Part shown: one piece after another, positions 38,401 through 51,589 of the stretch
Layout of the letters: each line of letters begins with the position of its first letter
Position numbering within the stretch: the stretch's first letter is position 1
Translations under genes and position numbers: made by a program
Notes under the pieces: generated by a model
The model's input: only the letters and a program-made list of their open reading frames with translations
Told to the model about the DNA's origin: nothing
Databases searched by the model: none
Source: Bugula neritina
Lineage: Eukaryota > Animalia > Bryozoa
Length of the DNA stretch: 64,000 bases
Direction: 5' to 3'
Assembly: GCA_964035545.1 (NCBI GenBank)
Contig: OZ037766.1
Span: forward strand, 10,530,722 to 10,594,721

Positions 38401-41400
38401 TTGTATTGTTTGAACAATAGTTTTATCAACAGTTAATTACTTGTTTTCTAATTGCATACAATTGATGTCAATTGAAATTTTAACAACCAACTGTATACTA
38501 ATAGATTCCATTCTTTCACTCCTCTGTAAATAGTCTTTGTACAGTAGTGGCACTTGACATATGACTGTGTACATCAGCTTCTATATTGTGATTTAGAGTT
38601 GTCCTATCTTAGTAACCATAAACCTTGTAATCATTATACAGCTATTATTATTTCTACAGCTACTGTAATATTATGGTTGAATGAACCAGTGCATCATAGT
38701 TCCGGCTATTTGTAGATGCCATTTCATCACAGGCAAGATATCGTATAAAGAAAGCATTTACTCACTGGGAAAAATACACTTGTGTAAAATTCGTGGAATA
38801 TAATCCAATTGAGCATAGAAATTACGTGATTATACAGAAAGGTCAATGGTGTGCTTCAAAGCTTGGCATGGCTGGTGGACCTCAACCACTTTATCTCGCT
38901 TTAGGATGTTTGGTGAGTAACAAACTGTAGAGATAAAACAACTAATCTGTAAGCTTTTATTTGCAAGTTAAAGTTGGCTAAAATTCAAGATATTGTTTGG
39001 TGTGAATCACTGTAATGAGTCTAGTATGTATGTTAGTGATACTAAAACTAAAGCTTATGTAGCATAGCTATGCTCATGGTATAACGTACCACTTAAGTGA
39101 TGACAACTCCATTAACTTAGTTCTTATCAGTATAATTATAAATTTATAACCAATTAATATTCATTCATAATTAGTTTTGGTTTCAATTTGCAACATTATG
39201 TAATAACTAAAAGGTTGTTGTGTATACTATTAGTTACTTGATCCTGTTGATATTTGCCAAATGTTTATAGTGCACTGGGGACATTTGTTGACTGAAGGAT
39301 AGTGTCAATATATAGTCCTGCAACTAGTTTAGTAAATTCTTTTCTTACAAGGCACAATATCGATTCACTATAAATTAACTTTTTAAATAAGCTACATGAT
39401 GTCTTGGATATCTATCTAAAGGCATTATGTAACAAAGAAAAATCAAACTATTGTTAAAAATATTACTTGGCAATATCTCTCCTGAACAATATAGAATTTT
39501 CCTAATAAATATTTCTTATGTTTTAAGGCTCTTACTGATGGTATGGGTTACCATCACTGCCTGCCAGCTCATCATCTACACTTTCATTATTTATTTTCTG
39601 GTACTTCTATTTAGGATACTGGTACTATTATCCATGAGTTGGGACACAGTTTGGGCTGGGTGCATGAACAAGCTAGACCTGATAGAGACGAATACGTGAG
39701 GTAAACAATGATACAGCTTGTATATATTTATTTTCGTTGTTGAAAGGTTTCAAGTGTTCTGTTCAATCAAAAATATTATTTGAAATATTAGAACTTAAAG
39801 TATGACAACTGATCTCAATGATGATTGAAGACTTTGCTCTCCATATTTTAGCAATTCAGTTTTTCAGCCAATAACCTTAAGTTGTGTTATTGGATTATTT
39901 GTAAGTAAGCTGCATTGGATCAATGCCAAAGAATATTTATAGAACTTATTGAATGGTGGCTTACAAAATATAACTACATTATAGCCAATTTGTTGTCTTC
40001 ATTAACTTATGTTTTGTTGTACTGGTGTATATATGCTTATAATGTATCTATTATGAATAGGGTTGGCCATGCTCACTAGAAAAGCCAAACATCCATTAAC
40101 ATTGCACAAACTCAAAAATATATATTGCAATTCTTTTATACAGTCCTGCAAAACATTAAAATAATTTATCATTAAATTGGAACTGTGTTATTATCATCAA
40201 TAATAATTATTGAACAAAATTTCTATTTATGTTTATAGCATAAAATGGAGTCTAATCTCACCCAATTACAAGTCTCAGTATGTTAAACACGACAATGACT
40301 ACATCAATACATACGGTGTACCATATGACTATGGCAGCATTATGCACTACCCCAGCTATGGTGAGCTGATTACTAACGATCCGTCTCAACAAAGCAAAAT
40401 CGGGCAAAGAAATAGACTGAGTTTCAATGACATAAAACTCGCTAACGTCATGTATAATTGTGCAGGTAAGTTTAACTTTATCTATAAACATTTTTGTAGC
40501 ATTTTAGTAGTAGAAGCTAATTAGGTTTAGGTGACAAGAGGCTAAGTGATTGTGTTGAGCTCTCATGTAGGGAAATTTGTGTGAAATTAACACAGCTGGT
40601 CAAAGCAGCTGTCAATGTGACATTGTGATGTGACTCTCTCAAACTATAAGTTTTGCATGCAGTGTTGAATTACTACGTTTACAATAAGTCATATAATGAA
40701 ATTGGCTCGATTGCTTGTAAATACGTAATTTTAAACCTGGCCAACCAATCAGAGTTTGCCAGTTTTAAAAATGTCTAATTATTCAAGAGCTTTGTATATT
40801 TAAATATGTGCTGTGTTGAGTGATGGTCGTTATGCTGCTCATGCAGGTGTTTTCAACCATCTTAGGTTAGAGAAATACAGATTTTATGAGTAAACCAGGA
40901 CCATAATTTTTAAGTTAAAGGCGGTAAGCTTCCAGGTTATTTATTACATTTGAGCAAAAGTTTGCATGCTTTTCAACTGTTTTATCAGCATTTTACCCAA
41001 TTTCTTATACGAAAACACTACAAAAATGTAAGTAAAAGTGGTCATATTAGGTGTCTTAGACTTGCCCAGACTTGCCCGCGAGCGTGCCCTCCGTGACGTG
41101 GGGATGGCAAAATAGCCCAATTGTAGCGTGAGTTTATATCGCGTAAAGTTATTAAGAAGCGGGTTTGTCACAGATTCTCGTTATTCGTAGCTCAAATCAC
41201 ATGAATGTTACTCTTCGGGCGGCTACTAATAACTAACGTTAGCTACGCAACATCAAGAAAGGTAACTAATTTAACTGTTTTCAAATGGACTATTCCATTT
41301 CGCTAGTTTGTAACTTGCTGTAAATCACAAAATAATTATTTTCCCTATTTTAATTTCAATTATCATGTCGACCACACTACCAGAAAATTACTCTTAAATA

Positions 41401-44400
41401 TGCAGTAAATGATGATTTTCAACCGTTTTGTGATGAATTATAGGTTAGTAGTTGTCTACGTAAAACCAAGTTTTGAAATTTGTAACTGAATCAGTGAATC
41501 ACAGTATCAGTATGAGTGTCACTAGTCTAACTCTATTTCTATGACATTGACTCTCACTCTAAGTCTATGACTATCGCCTATTGGTGAACTATTATTAATA
41601 ATATTCAATGGTTATATTTATTAATACAGTAATACTATTATTAGTCATAATGATAATCATATGACAGTATCAGTATGTTAATGTTACGGAGCAGGATCAG
41701 TTTCGAAACTAATACTTATACTTATAGTTATAATATTAGTTATAACTATAAGTATAACTATAACTATAAGTTATACCGATAGCTATATTAATATAAATAT
41801 TTATATTCATAGTAATACTAATAGCAAATGTAATATTAATATTATTATGTTAATAGTTATACTTGTAAGTTATAATATAAAGCAAACGACACAAGTATTA
41901 ATTTCAATTTGAACTGCTGGTCTTGAAATGAAAAGTGAAATAAATATAAATAATAAAATATAAATTATAATAATTTAATTATACTAATACTTATACAGAA
42001 ATATAATTATAATAAATTTATAAAACTTAAACAACTTTTAATTTAAGGAACAACTTTAAATACAAACATAAAGATAATATTAAATGATTATAATCATAAT
42101 GATCATAACAATAAATATAATTATGATTCCAATAATTATCAATATATTATATAATATTTATTGCAAGTGAAAGTTAGTTATTCTCCGCCAGCTGCATGAA
42201 TGTGACTGGTAAATTTTGTAACCTTTGGCAGTAATAACTTTGTAGCATAAATTAGACACATTTTTATGAAAATACATAATTTTAATGCTATAGCTGCTAG
42301 TAATTCTAATGGGTGTAATAATATTACTTTCACCAGCATTAATTTTTACTTTGTTCATCTCTTCATAAAGCATTTTCTAAATCCTTTTTTGAATAAATAT
42401 ACATATAATGTGCTAAATAGATTACATATGTTGGGGTTCTTCCTATACTGCAGCTCAGCCTACACTCCCCCCCCCACAAATGTTCCTAAACTACTAGCTT
42501 CATCAGGATACAGATTGATGGAGCTGTATTGATAAAAACTTCTCTTTTTAGCAGTAGAGGCATCATGAAAAAAAAGGCAAGTATTTTACTAAATATGAAT
42601 GCGGTTTTTTACTTCTACAAATTTGATAGCCTACACTATTCTATTTAAATGGAAACTGGTCTGACATAATGTGTCTGCAATTTATTAGTTATAATATAGT
42701 AAATACTATGCGGGCCTATAGATCAAATGGCTCAAAAAAAAATTAAATAAAACATTACACAATGCTGTATTTATTAGCAATGTGATACTTAGCAACTAAT
42801 TTCACATTATTTTTTGCAAAGTTTCATATATCTACATATGTTTGTTCAATTCAGTGTTCTGAAGTAGAAGGTTCCAACAGCAGGGAAAAGCCTTGAACAA
42901 GATATTATGTTCTACATCTCCAACTCATTTTAACTTTGCTGGTCAGTGCATTGTGTATCTGGAGCATAGTTTTGTGTTTTTAAGTAGTCCATCAGATACC
43001 TTTGTAGATAGTAAAGATTAAAATGTTTGTGCAATGATGTCCATAATGTTGAACTGATTTATTGAAACTAAAACTGTTCTTAATTATAACAAAACTTGAC
43101 AATCTTTACATAAAGAATAATGTCCTATAATCTATCTTCATTGTAAACAAAATTAGAAAGTTCCACACCAGCAAATTGTTAATCATCATCTGTAGGTGGA
43201 AGACGCGTGCACTCAGTTATAAAGGCAAGCTGACAGTGGTTTTCTTTGCCTTCTATGAAGATTTGGAAAGAGCCAGAAAATTAATACTCTATAACTGCAA
43301 AACCATGTTGTAGTGTCTTATGTTATTGATTGAATCACCTAAAAGAAAAATTGTTGTATCATTATAATTTTACTGTTAATGAATTAGATAATCTACTTAT
43401 CTTGGTAAATATATTCAAGAACAAATACTATAGTGTAACTCAGTTTTGGTTATGTGTATGCTCCTTAAGCGATTTTACAGCAGATATCAAACTATATATT
43501 AGAGACTGATATAGGAATTACATTTAAGCTAACCATGATGATGTAAATAGCTGTTGTATGTGACTTCGAGAACTCTGCTGGCCATGTCAGTTCAATTACA
43601 CCAGGGTGATCTGTTACGAATTTCATGTCATTATTGAAATTCAGCTTTTTCAAGTGCCTCTTCACAACTCTGGCAGCATTCTGACTGCTCCTTAGCTTTC
43701 TGCACCTGAAATTTCTTCTACTTGCACCATTCTTCTATTGGTGGAATGTTAGCCTATAACAAACAGGTGTACCAAAGCTAAAAAAAATATCTAATTCAAT
43801 GCACTAGGATATTATTCAACTCATTTAAATTTAATATATAGCAGTAAAACAATCACATAATTGTATTTATTTTATCAGCTTTACTTTACAAAGCTGAACC
43901 ATATAATTTAGTAACTTGTCACCATAATAAACTTTGTACAACATACAAATTGAAAACCTGATGTGATCGCTTTTTTAATAGAATATACATCAAAAACATG
44001 TTACTTTGATAAGCGTGTTTATAATAAAAGTATTAAACCAGTTAAAAAAAAATTATTTTGTTGTGTAATGGATCACAAAACTAAATCATTTTAAACCTGT
44101 AGCTCAATGTTCCTCAAGCAACGGGCTGCTATGACTAATTAATTTTCTATCATTGCATTTGACTGTTCTACTTATAGTGTATTGGCGAGTTAAAATTATT
44201 GGTAATTTAATGTATATTTTAGCTACCTCTGTACAATCAATGTCATAGTAATATCAATTAGGTTTTAAATTTCACTGAGTTTATAGTAAATTATTGCAAT
44301 CGGTACATAACATTTGGCTAGTTGTCTAGTTCATTAAATAACCATACGAACTTAAATTTACAACATGAAAAAACACACAAAGCAAAATTAAAATAATCAT

Positions 44401-47400
44401 ATTATGAACCAATGTAATTGATAAGCGATAATGCTGTTGTAAAACATAAATTATCAAATTGAAATAGTTATTATTACTATTAGTATTACTATCATTATAA
44501 CAACTATAATTATTATTAGTATTACTATTACTATTAGTATTAGCACTAGTAGTAAAAAATGAGTAGAGTTCAACATATACAATCTAGCTCACAGTTACTA
44601 TAAAAGTAGAAGTAGAACTTTTAAAACTATTAGTATTATCTCCATCATTATCAGAACTATGAGTAATACTAGTACAGTACTAGTAGTTGTACTAATAGTA
44701 ATACTAGTTATCAATACTAATAGACAATAGTAATAGTATCACTATGAGTATGAGACTTGGGCTGGCAGTGATTATCACTATCAGCATCATCATAGTGATA
44801 GTCAAAAGTTACAAGAATTAGAAGCCATATTCATATGGATATTCTCATTGAGTTATGCACAGTCATATTCATAGTAATAGTCAATCACTGATTGAGTTAA
44901 TGTCATAGTGATACTCATACTCATAATTAATTTGTACGATACTCATACTCATAGTGATAGTGATACGTCACCGTGAATTTCAATTTAATAATAATTTTAA
45001 TTTAATATTAAAGTGATATTAATTATTATCATTGAATCATTCATTGTATTTGTTGCTAATATTATGTCTTACTCTTAGTCTAACAGCAGCTCTATGAAGA
45101 AGTTAAACATAACTGATAACAAAACACATTTAAAAAATAATACTGTAACAATCAATATAATGCATATCAATATGAATATGCTAGCAACCTAATTTTCAGC
45201 CCACTTCATTAACTTTCTGTGCAGTATTGTGAATTGTGATAAAATGAATTTATTAATGGTGACCTTGACATCTTCGTCCAAATGCCTTTCACGTCAAGCC
45301 CCGAACCAATTTGTAAAAATTTTGGATTTTTTACTTTTGATTATTTTTTACGAAAAGAGCTTCAAAATAAATTTAAAAAAAAGTGAGCTGTTGTCCACAT
45401 GAAAAGAAATATATGAGTTAATTTTCTAAATTCAGAAAGTTACCAGAGGATCACAATATTTTTTTTAAAAAATCTTCATTTTCACGACAAGCTCTATATA
45501 TTAATATAGAAAAATAGAAGACAACTCTACTTTCAGATTTTTCATGTGCCACGGTCACGTCAATCTCAGTGCTATTAACACATATATTTTAATTCATTTT
45601 TTCTGGTATATTGAGTTGAGATTTTTTGTATATATTTTGTGAATGCAACTAAAAAAGTATGATCTTTTAATTAACAGTAATTGATTTTATCAAAATAACC
45701 TGGATGCCTACGATGTTTAAAGTATAGATTTTGTTGAGTATTTGTTCCTTTGGTTTGTTCATATAAATATCAACTAATTTGACTTATGCTATCTATGAGT
45801 CAACAGATGTGGTAATAGTAAAACAAGCTAATTTCTGTACTCAAAGAGATTTATTTGTTCATAATTGCTCGAAAAAAGGAAAACTTCGTGAAGTGCTTTT
45901 AGAAATGCCATTGTCACATTCTGAGTACTCTTTTCTTTATTTTAGTCTAACCAAGATAAATATTTTTTTTATAACTGCATGTGTCATTTTTTATCAGGTG
46001 CAAAAAATTGTTACTAAATTAGCTTTAACCTTTGTTCACCGAGAGCTTATCCAGGTGAAGATGTATATAAGTGTCTTGAGTCTAGTAGTTGTGAGATAGA
46101 CATTTAGCCTGAAGAATTCATCTCTCTGTTATAATTATTATAATTGCTTAGTGTGATGAAGCTTGGGGGAGTGATATCACGGTGCTATTTTGAAACATGG
46201 CATTTATGAACTTTGTTGACTGTGCACTAACACTTTCAATTAAAGTTTGAGTTGAAATACATTTTTTCTTTAATGAAAACCTGAGATTAATGGATTTTCA
46301 CATCTAGGTCATTGAAATGTTTTTCTGGGAATCAGTCAATCAACAGAGTAAACCTTTATTTAGGCAATACATGTTCACATTCCCATGGTGTTCAATGTTT
46401 GTGCTAAATCTTTACATGTGTGCTCAACATGTATGAATAACTAATTTTTTTCACCCGTTCCAACAGGATATTTTGCTATTTCTAACCGAAAAGATCTGTT
46501 CTAAATGTATTTTGCTCTCAGATTATTTGGTATGGCAAAAAATTGAAATTATATGCAATCCATAAGTTGTACACAAGACGTATGCGTATTATCTGCCTGT
46601 TTAACAACAAAACTTATTCTGTCATTTCAAGCATATGATAATTGATAAAGGTCACATGATTCCTAGAGATGTGCAGGATGCATGCTTACTTAAGTCATTA
46701 CATAATTAAAGCTTATTAGTTGTAATATTTAAAATTATTTTATTTTATTCTAATTTAAACTAAATATCTAACTTAGTGTAATAGTTGTATAGAATATATA
46801 TTGCATCTGTTTATAATTTAATATAAACACTTATAGTTGTTATTGTTGTGTTGCAGCAAGATCGGAATGTGATACAAAGAAGTTCAAATGTATAAATGGA
46901 GGTTTTGTTGATCATACATGCAAGTGTGTGTGTCCAGATGGAAATAGCAGGTCATGTACAGTATCAAGTACTGGGTACAAGTACACACCCAATATTATAG
47001 ATGAGAAAACGACTCCTAAATCTGAAGGTAAACATGGCGATTTGCCAACATACAGTTTTACCGATATACATAGCAATATATGTAGTGAATGCTTGTTTAC
47101 TGTTTGTATATATTGATTTACTGATGACATGTTTCACTCTAAAGTTCAGTCACATGTCTTTTCTTGTGTTTTACAAATATTTGAATTAATCCTGTGAACC
47201 GAACTAAGATAATCAACATGCATGCGTATAATATGTAAAACATATATTAATAATTACATTATACTAACCGTTTGAATTGCCTACTAACCTACTCTTGCAT
47301 GCGTATATTTACAGTGTGTAGCCCTTGGGTTGTGTACGATAATGCTTACATTCCCGGATATAATGAAGACGTTGGGTTTTCTTTATCCATTGAAGAATGT

Positions 47401-48910
47401 CAAACTCGTTGCATGCATGAGACATCATTTAAATGCAGATCGTTTGATTACTGGAAAAACAGGCGTCAATGCTATTTGAGTTCAACATCAGCTACAGGTC
47501 TAGGAATAAAATTGAGGCATGACTCCAGAATGGTTCATTATATGCTTACCGAATGTCCGTCTACCACAACCAAACTAACCACAATAACCCCATCTACACC
47601 AGGTAGTCCCCATGTAATTTTACTATGATTTTTGCATAGATTTGGCTGAAGTTTTGATTGTACTTTGAAACATTGCATATCATTTTATAATGTCCACAGA
47701 ACATTTTGTAAATACATAGCTGTTATATATTATATAATGTCAAAAAATGAGTGGGTAACTATTTCAGAGAAAAAAGATAGTGATGATCTTGTTATGTTTA
47801 CAGCAGCATCAATAAAGTATATGGCCATTGACTATTTTAAATTAGTTATAATTGCATTCAAATTTTCATTTTTCAGTATAATAGGTCACAATTTTTTAAA
47901 AATAATAGTACAATATTGTGTTATGCAATCAGTTTCAGCCAGTTTTATAGTAAATGTGCTTCATGCTTTTACCTTTAATGTACATAAATTTAGTAACTAA
48001 TTGTCAAACTTCATTAACAACATATGGATGTGCATGTATATTAACTCCAAAGCATAATGGGCCTATGTGATTAGCATACTTTTTATACATGGGCTAGTTA
48101 TCTGTGCAAACAAATTAAAAAGCATCCATGCCGAAATTATATATCAAACTTTATTACTTAACAAAAATTAACCTCGTCTAGTAAGGACAAAGCTGCATAA
48201 ATAAGTTTCTATATATTTTTAGATGCCGAATTAGTCAAGAAGACCCCACTTTATAGGAAGACAACTTCTAACCCATTCGTTGTATCTCCTAGACCTAAAA
48301 GGAACAGCTGTCCATTTGAATATACTAATACTGGAATGAGCTGTGTTTGGGCTGTAGAATTTCCAGCTAGACCAGTACATATAGCTGAAATTGAGTGCCA
48401 GGTTTGTGAAATGAATATATTCATGTTCTTTAATACACACACTTGTATATAAAAAATATTTGCACCTAACAAAAACTCTAAACATACATTTATATCAGTT
48501 TATGCATTTCAAATCTACTTAATTTAACATGGTGAATTTGTAGGTATATTTGTAATTAGTTTTCAACTAAAAATGTATGTGGCAATAAAGAGGGGAATTA
48601 TCTTATCGCTATAGTCTGTGTAATACTAAATGTGAGTATTGATTTATATTGCATCATTTATCCATTTCAGAACCGATTAGGTGCTAAATTGTGGGAGCCG
48701 AGCAAGCAAGAACTCAAGTCTCCATCTTTACACACAGTCATCAATGAAGGTGAAGAATACTGGGTCAAGGTTGATCAATACAAATCTACAAATGTCATGG
48801 CTTCATTTTTTGAATTCTGTCCTTTTATAACAAGGGTGCATGGAAGGTTATTGATAAAAGACACTCTTTGCTATAAATCAAAAGGTTACTTTTGCCAACT
48901 AAAAAAGTAG
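35444..48910 (+). CDS. Secreted astacin-family (M12A) zinc metalloprotease with EGF-like, PAN/apple and degenerate C-type-lectin-like domains; complete, 10 exons
   Basis: Exons 35444-35506 (signal), 36581-36635, 37124-37402 (RHRR, EFDLIL pro-motif, RQKR/KAI..HWP), 38716-38912 (WEKYTCVKF..WCASKLG..LALGCL), 39615-39700 (HELGHSLGWVHEQARPDRD = HExxHxxGxxHExxRxDRD), 40239-40465 (PYDYGSIMHY Met-turn, IGQRNRLSFNDI), 46857-47027 (EGF), 47315-47602 (PAN: CQTRC..FKCRSFDY..CYLS), 48223-48401, 48671-48910 (stop). Phases consistent. Confidence 0.94.
41480..42150. repeat. Degenerate 6-bp-periodic (ANTNNN)n tract B
   Basis: e.g. AGT ATC AGT ATG AGT GTC ACT; ACT TAT ACT TAT AGT TAT; ACT ATA AGT ATA ACT ATA ACT ATA AGT. 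Confidence 0.8.
43150..43753 (-). pseudogene. KolX / P2X7 cytoplasmic ballast (nanor-like) pseudogene, two exons (43534-43753, about 43150-43338)
   Basis: Translation across stops and frameshifts: EEWCK*KKFQVQKAKEQSECCQS / DMKFVTDHPGV / RVLEVTYNSYLHHHG | WFCSYRVLIFWLFPNLHRRQRKPLSACLYN*VHA / LPPTDDD*QFAG. This matches in order the family motifs WCxCxxC..CC, CxTxHPG, VL..Y, YR..W..L..RxxLPxC..FP..(Y/F)xG (recalled motifs, no database search). AG/GT splice sites are intact. Confidence 0.7.
44450..45080. repeat. Degenerate 6-bp-periodic (ANTNNN)n tract C
   Basis: e.g. AGT AAT AGT ATC ACT ATG AGT ATG; ACT CAT ACT CAT AGT GAT AGT GAT. Confidence 0.8.
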
Positions 48911-51289
48911 GTTTTTTAATGTTTGTTACTTCATCTTCAAGGTTTGCTCATATTAAAAGCTCTGTGCATCATCAATACTGCTGGAATGGTTTTTACTATC
49001 GACAATGGGCAGACAAACCCTGCAATTTTGTGTTGTTTCTAAAAATAAATGTACACAATAGCAATGCACAGTATACACAAAAATAGGTATTTGGATAATA
49101 ACTTAATACTCTTTATGTAATTTTATAAATACATGCAGCTGAAAGTTTACTTATAGTAATGATACTACTCAAACCTAAAATAATATTATGAATAGCCGAC
49201 CGTGGTTTTAATAAACTAAAACTTTGTAAACTCATTGTTTGTACTGCATTTAGTGTAAAATGATTATTTTTCAACAATTCCTTTACACAAAAAATTATGT
49301 CTCATTGTAGTTTTTTTTTCATTATAGATTTGAGAATTGTTTTAATATTTGTAAAAGCCAAAAATAACGGTTTTACTATACTTTTATTTTTCAATCATTT
49401 CAGTAACATTTGTTTTTACATTATAGTGGAAATGTTTTTTAATCAATCTAAATACTTTTTAATCAGCAGCATGCACACCAGCTCTCTATTCTCATATTCT
49501 CCGCAGATTTACCTCTCATAAGAATAGTTTTGAGTTGTAGTTTGCATACCTGTATAGCTCATTACTAGCCATGTACTACGATCTCCAGAATAAATGGATA
49601 TCTTATGTAATTTTCTCTTTACTCAGTTTTAATTTTTTCCAAGTTATGTTGTCTTTGTACCTTTTTAGTTTGTATATACTTGTGACATTACTAAGTAATA
49701 GTATTGAAAGTTGATATTATTTACTAATGAAAACCTTTAATCATATAAATACTTTATTGTATTACATCAATCATATATTTATATATATTATATAATTTTA
49801 ATACAACTCCCATTAATTGCCTTAGTTTAATGTTTTATATAAATTAAGGGGCAAAATTGATGGATATTTTTAGTTTTTGTACATAATTGTATTCAGCCAA
49901 CTTACAAAGTTCTTGGTATCCTCATTAAACTGCAATTTTTTGCACACACTATACATAACTTCACTGCAGTGTGCCTATGGATTGGCAATACTTATTGATG
50001 TAAAACATATTTTTAAAGTTCTTGTAAAGGCTGACATTGTATAATTTATACAGTGCATGTATATAGCCATGTTAATACTCATTGGTCTAATTTTGTTACC
50101 CCTTCCGGAATATTCCGTTATGAATTAATACACAAATGTTTATTATAGAAATCAATGTTTTATTACACATATAAGTATTTTACTTGGACATATCTAATTG
50201 AATAGATAAAAATGTTCGAAGTATATTATACTGGACAAAAAATAATTACCATAGTTGCCCAAAATGAAGATAGTGATAGCTAATTTGTTGCAGTGCCACA
50301 AGAGAGCAGCATTATAGAAGATATGCTTTTTTTTACAAAGCACTATATATAACATGATTTTTTAAATTATGGCTATCTATAGCATTACAGTGTATGTACA
50401 GTTATTTTGCTATCAATGGCAAAATGTTGGATTGTAAATTCAAATATTCATTCACAAGCTATTAAAGTATCAGTTGTTTGAGCATAAAAGTTACTGTGCA
50501 TAAATGTCATGAAAGGATAAAGGATAAATTAGTGTGAGATCGCAGTTTCTTCCTAAATTATGACATAATTCTGTAAAACTACTAATATGTATAATATAAT
50601 AACATATTTTATACAAAAACTACATATTATATATGAATTAAAGGCAGAATAAGCTTTCATGTAAACTATAGTAGCCAAATTAGAAATTAAATTGTCATAA
50701 CATGCTGTGCAAACTTACATGTAGCATTATTTTGTTCGCTTGATGAGCAAGTATAATTGAAAGATAAAAAATTTATACCAACATTATTCTAGAAATATAA
50801 TGTCAATATATATTACTATGAGTGCTGTTGTGTTATTGTACAAGGCGAGTACGTATTGTTCACTTTGATTGAAAGTAATTAGGGAATTAAGTGATTCAAA
50901 TATTAGCACGTTAAAATTTGTGTGAACTGTAACTAAAGCCTTTTGAATAAAACAAGTTTGAACAGTTCTAAACTAAATATATTAGTGTGAGCACCGTACC
51001 AGTTTTGCACAAAAACTTTAATAAAAAAAATATTTTCTTTTGTAATTTGAAGTTGTCTTTTTACAATGCAAATTTTTTGTGAAAAGACAATCCCTTTTTA
51101 TAATAACACTATCGGTTTTAAAGGTATTTTCCTTTTTGCTTTTCATTTAGCATTTGTGAGTCTTGTTTGCAATTCATATTTTATCAATTAATTTTAGAAT
51201 TGAAATGCACCATATTATTAAATTGGTGGAGTATTTCAAGTCATAGTAAACCATTCCAATATAACTTGTATGTGGGTAACAAAGAAAGT

Positions 51290-51431
51290 AACACCGTGAT
51301 GTTCACTGTGCGCAAATTAGGTCACGTGATCGGCAAATTAATAACGGTTCAATGGTATTCTCTACGGTCAAGTGCCAGTGGTTACGGTCGCAACACGAGC
51401 GATAATTACAATAGTATTTATAATCATTAGC
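51290..51431 (+). promoter_or_regulatory. Candidate DNAJC14 promoter and non-coding first exon
   Basis: CpG-dense island, GTCACGTGAT (USF/MiT-type E-box) at 51321-51330, donor AGC|GTGAGT at 51431/51432. The coding exon begins with an acceptor at 56849, upstream of the ATG. Confidence 0.6.
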
Positions 51432-51589
51432 GTGAGTCCGTATCTACAGAATGCATTGATTCATGATTGTCATTGTATTACAGTTTACAACTACACAATT
51501 AGTATTACATGGTCAAATGGAAACTACTTGTTTAACCGTATTCTAAACAAAGCGCATGGCTTTTCAATGTTTAACATATAATAATTAGT

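Larger units (their letters stand above)
40919..45250. mobile_element. Probable decayed Kolobok-type DNA transposon in astacin intron 6 (right boundary uncertain)
   Basis: TTAA|AGG-type left junction at 40915-40921; CpG-rich promoter-like core at 41050-41260 with a plus-strand donor (AAG|GTAACT at about 41261); KolX-like pseudogene on the minus strand. No matching right TIR was found. Confidence 0.5.
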
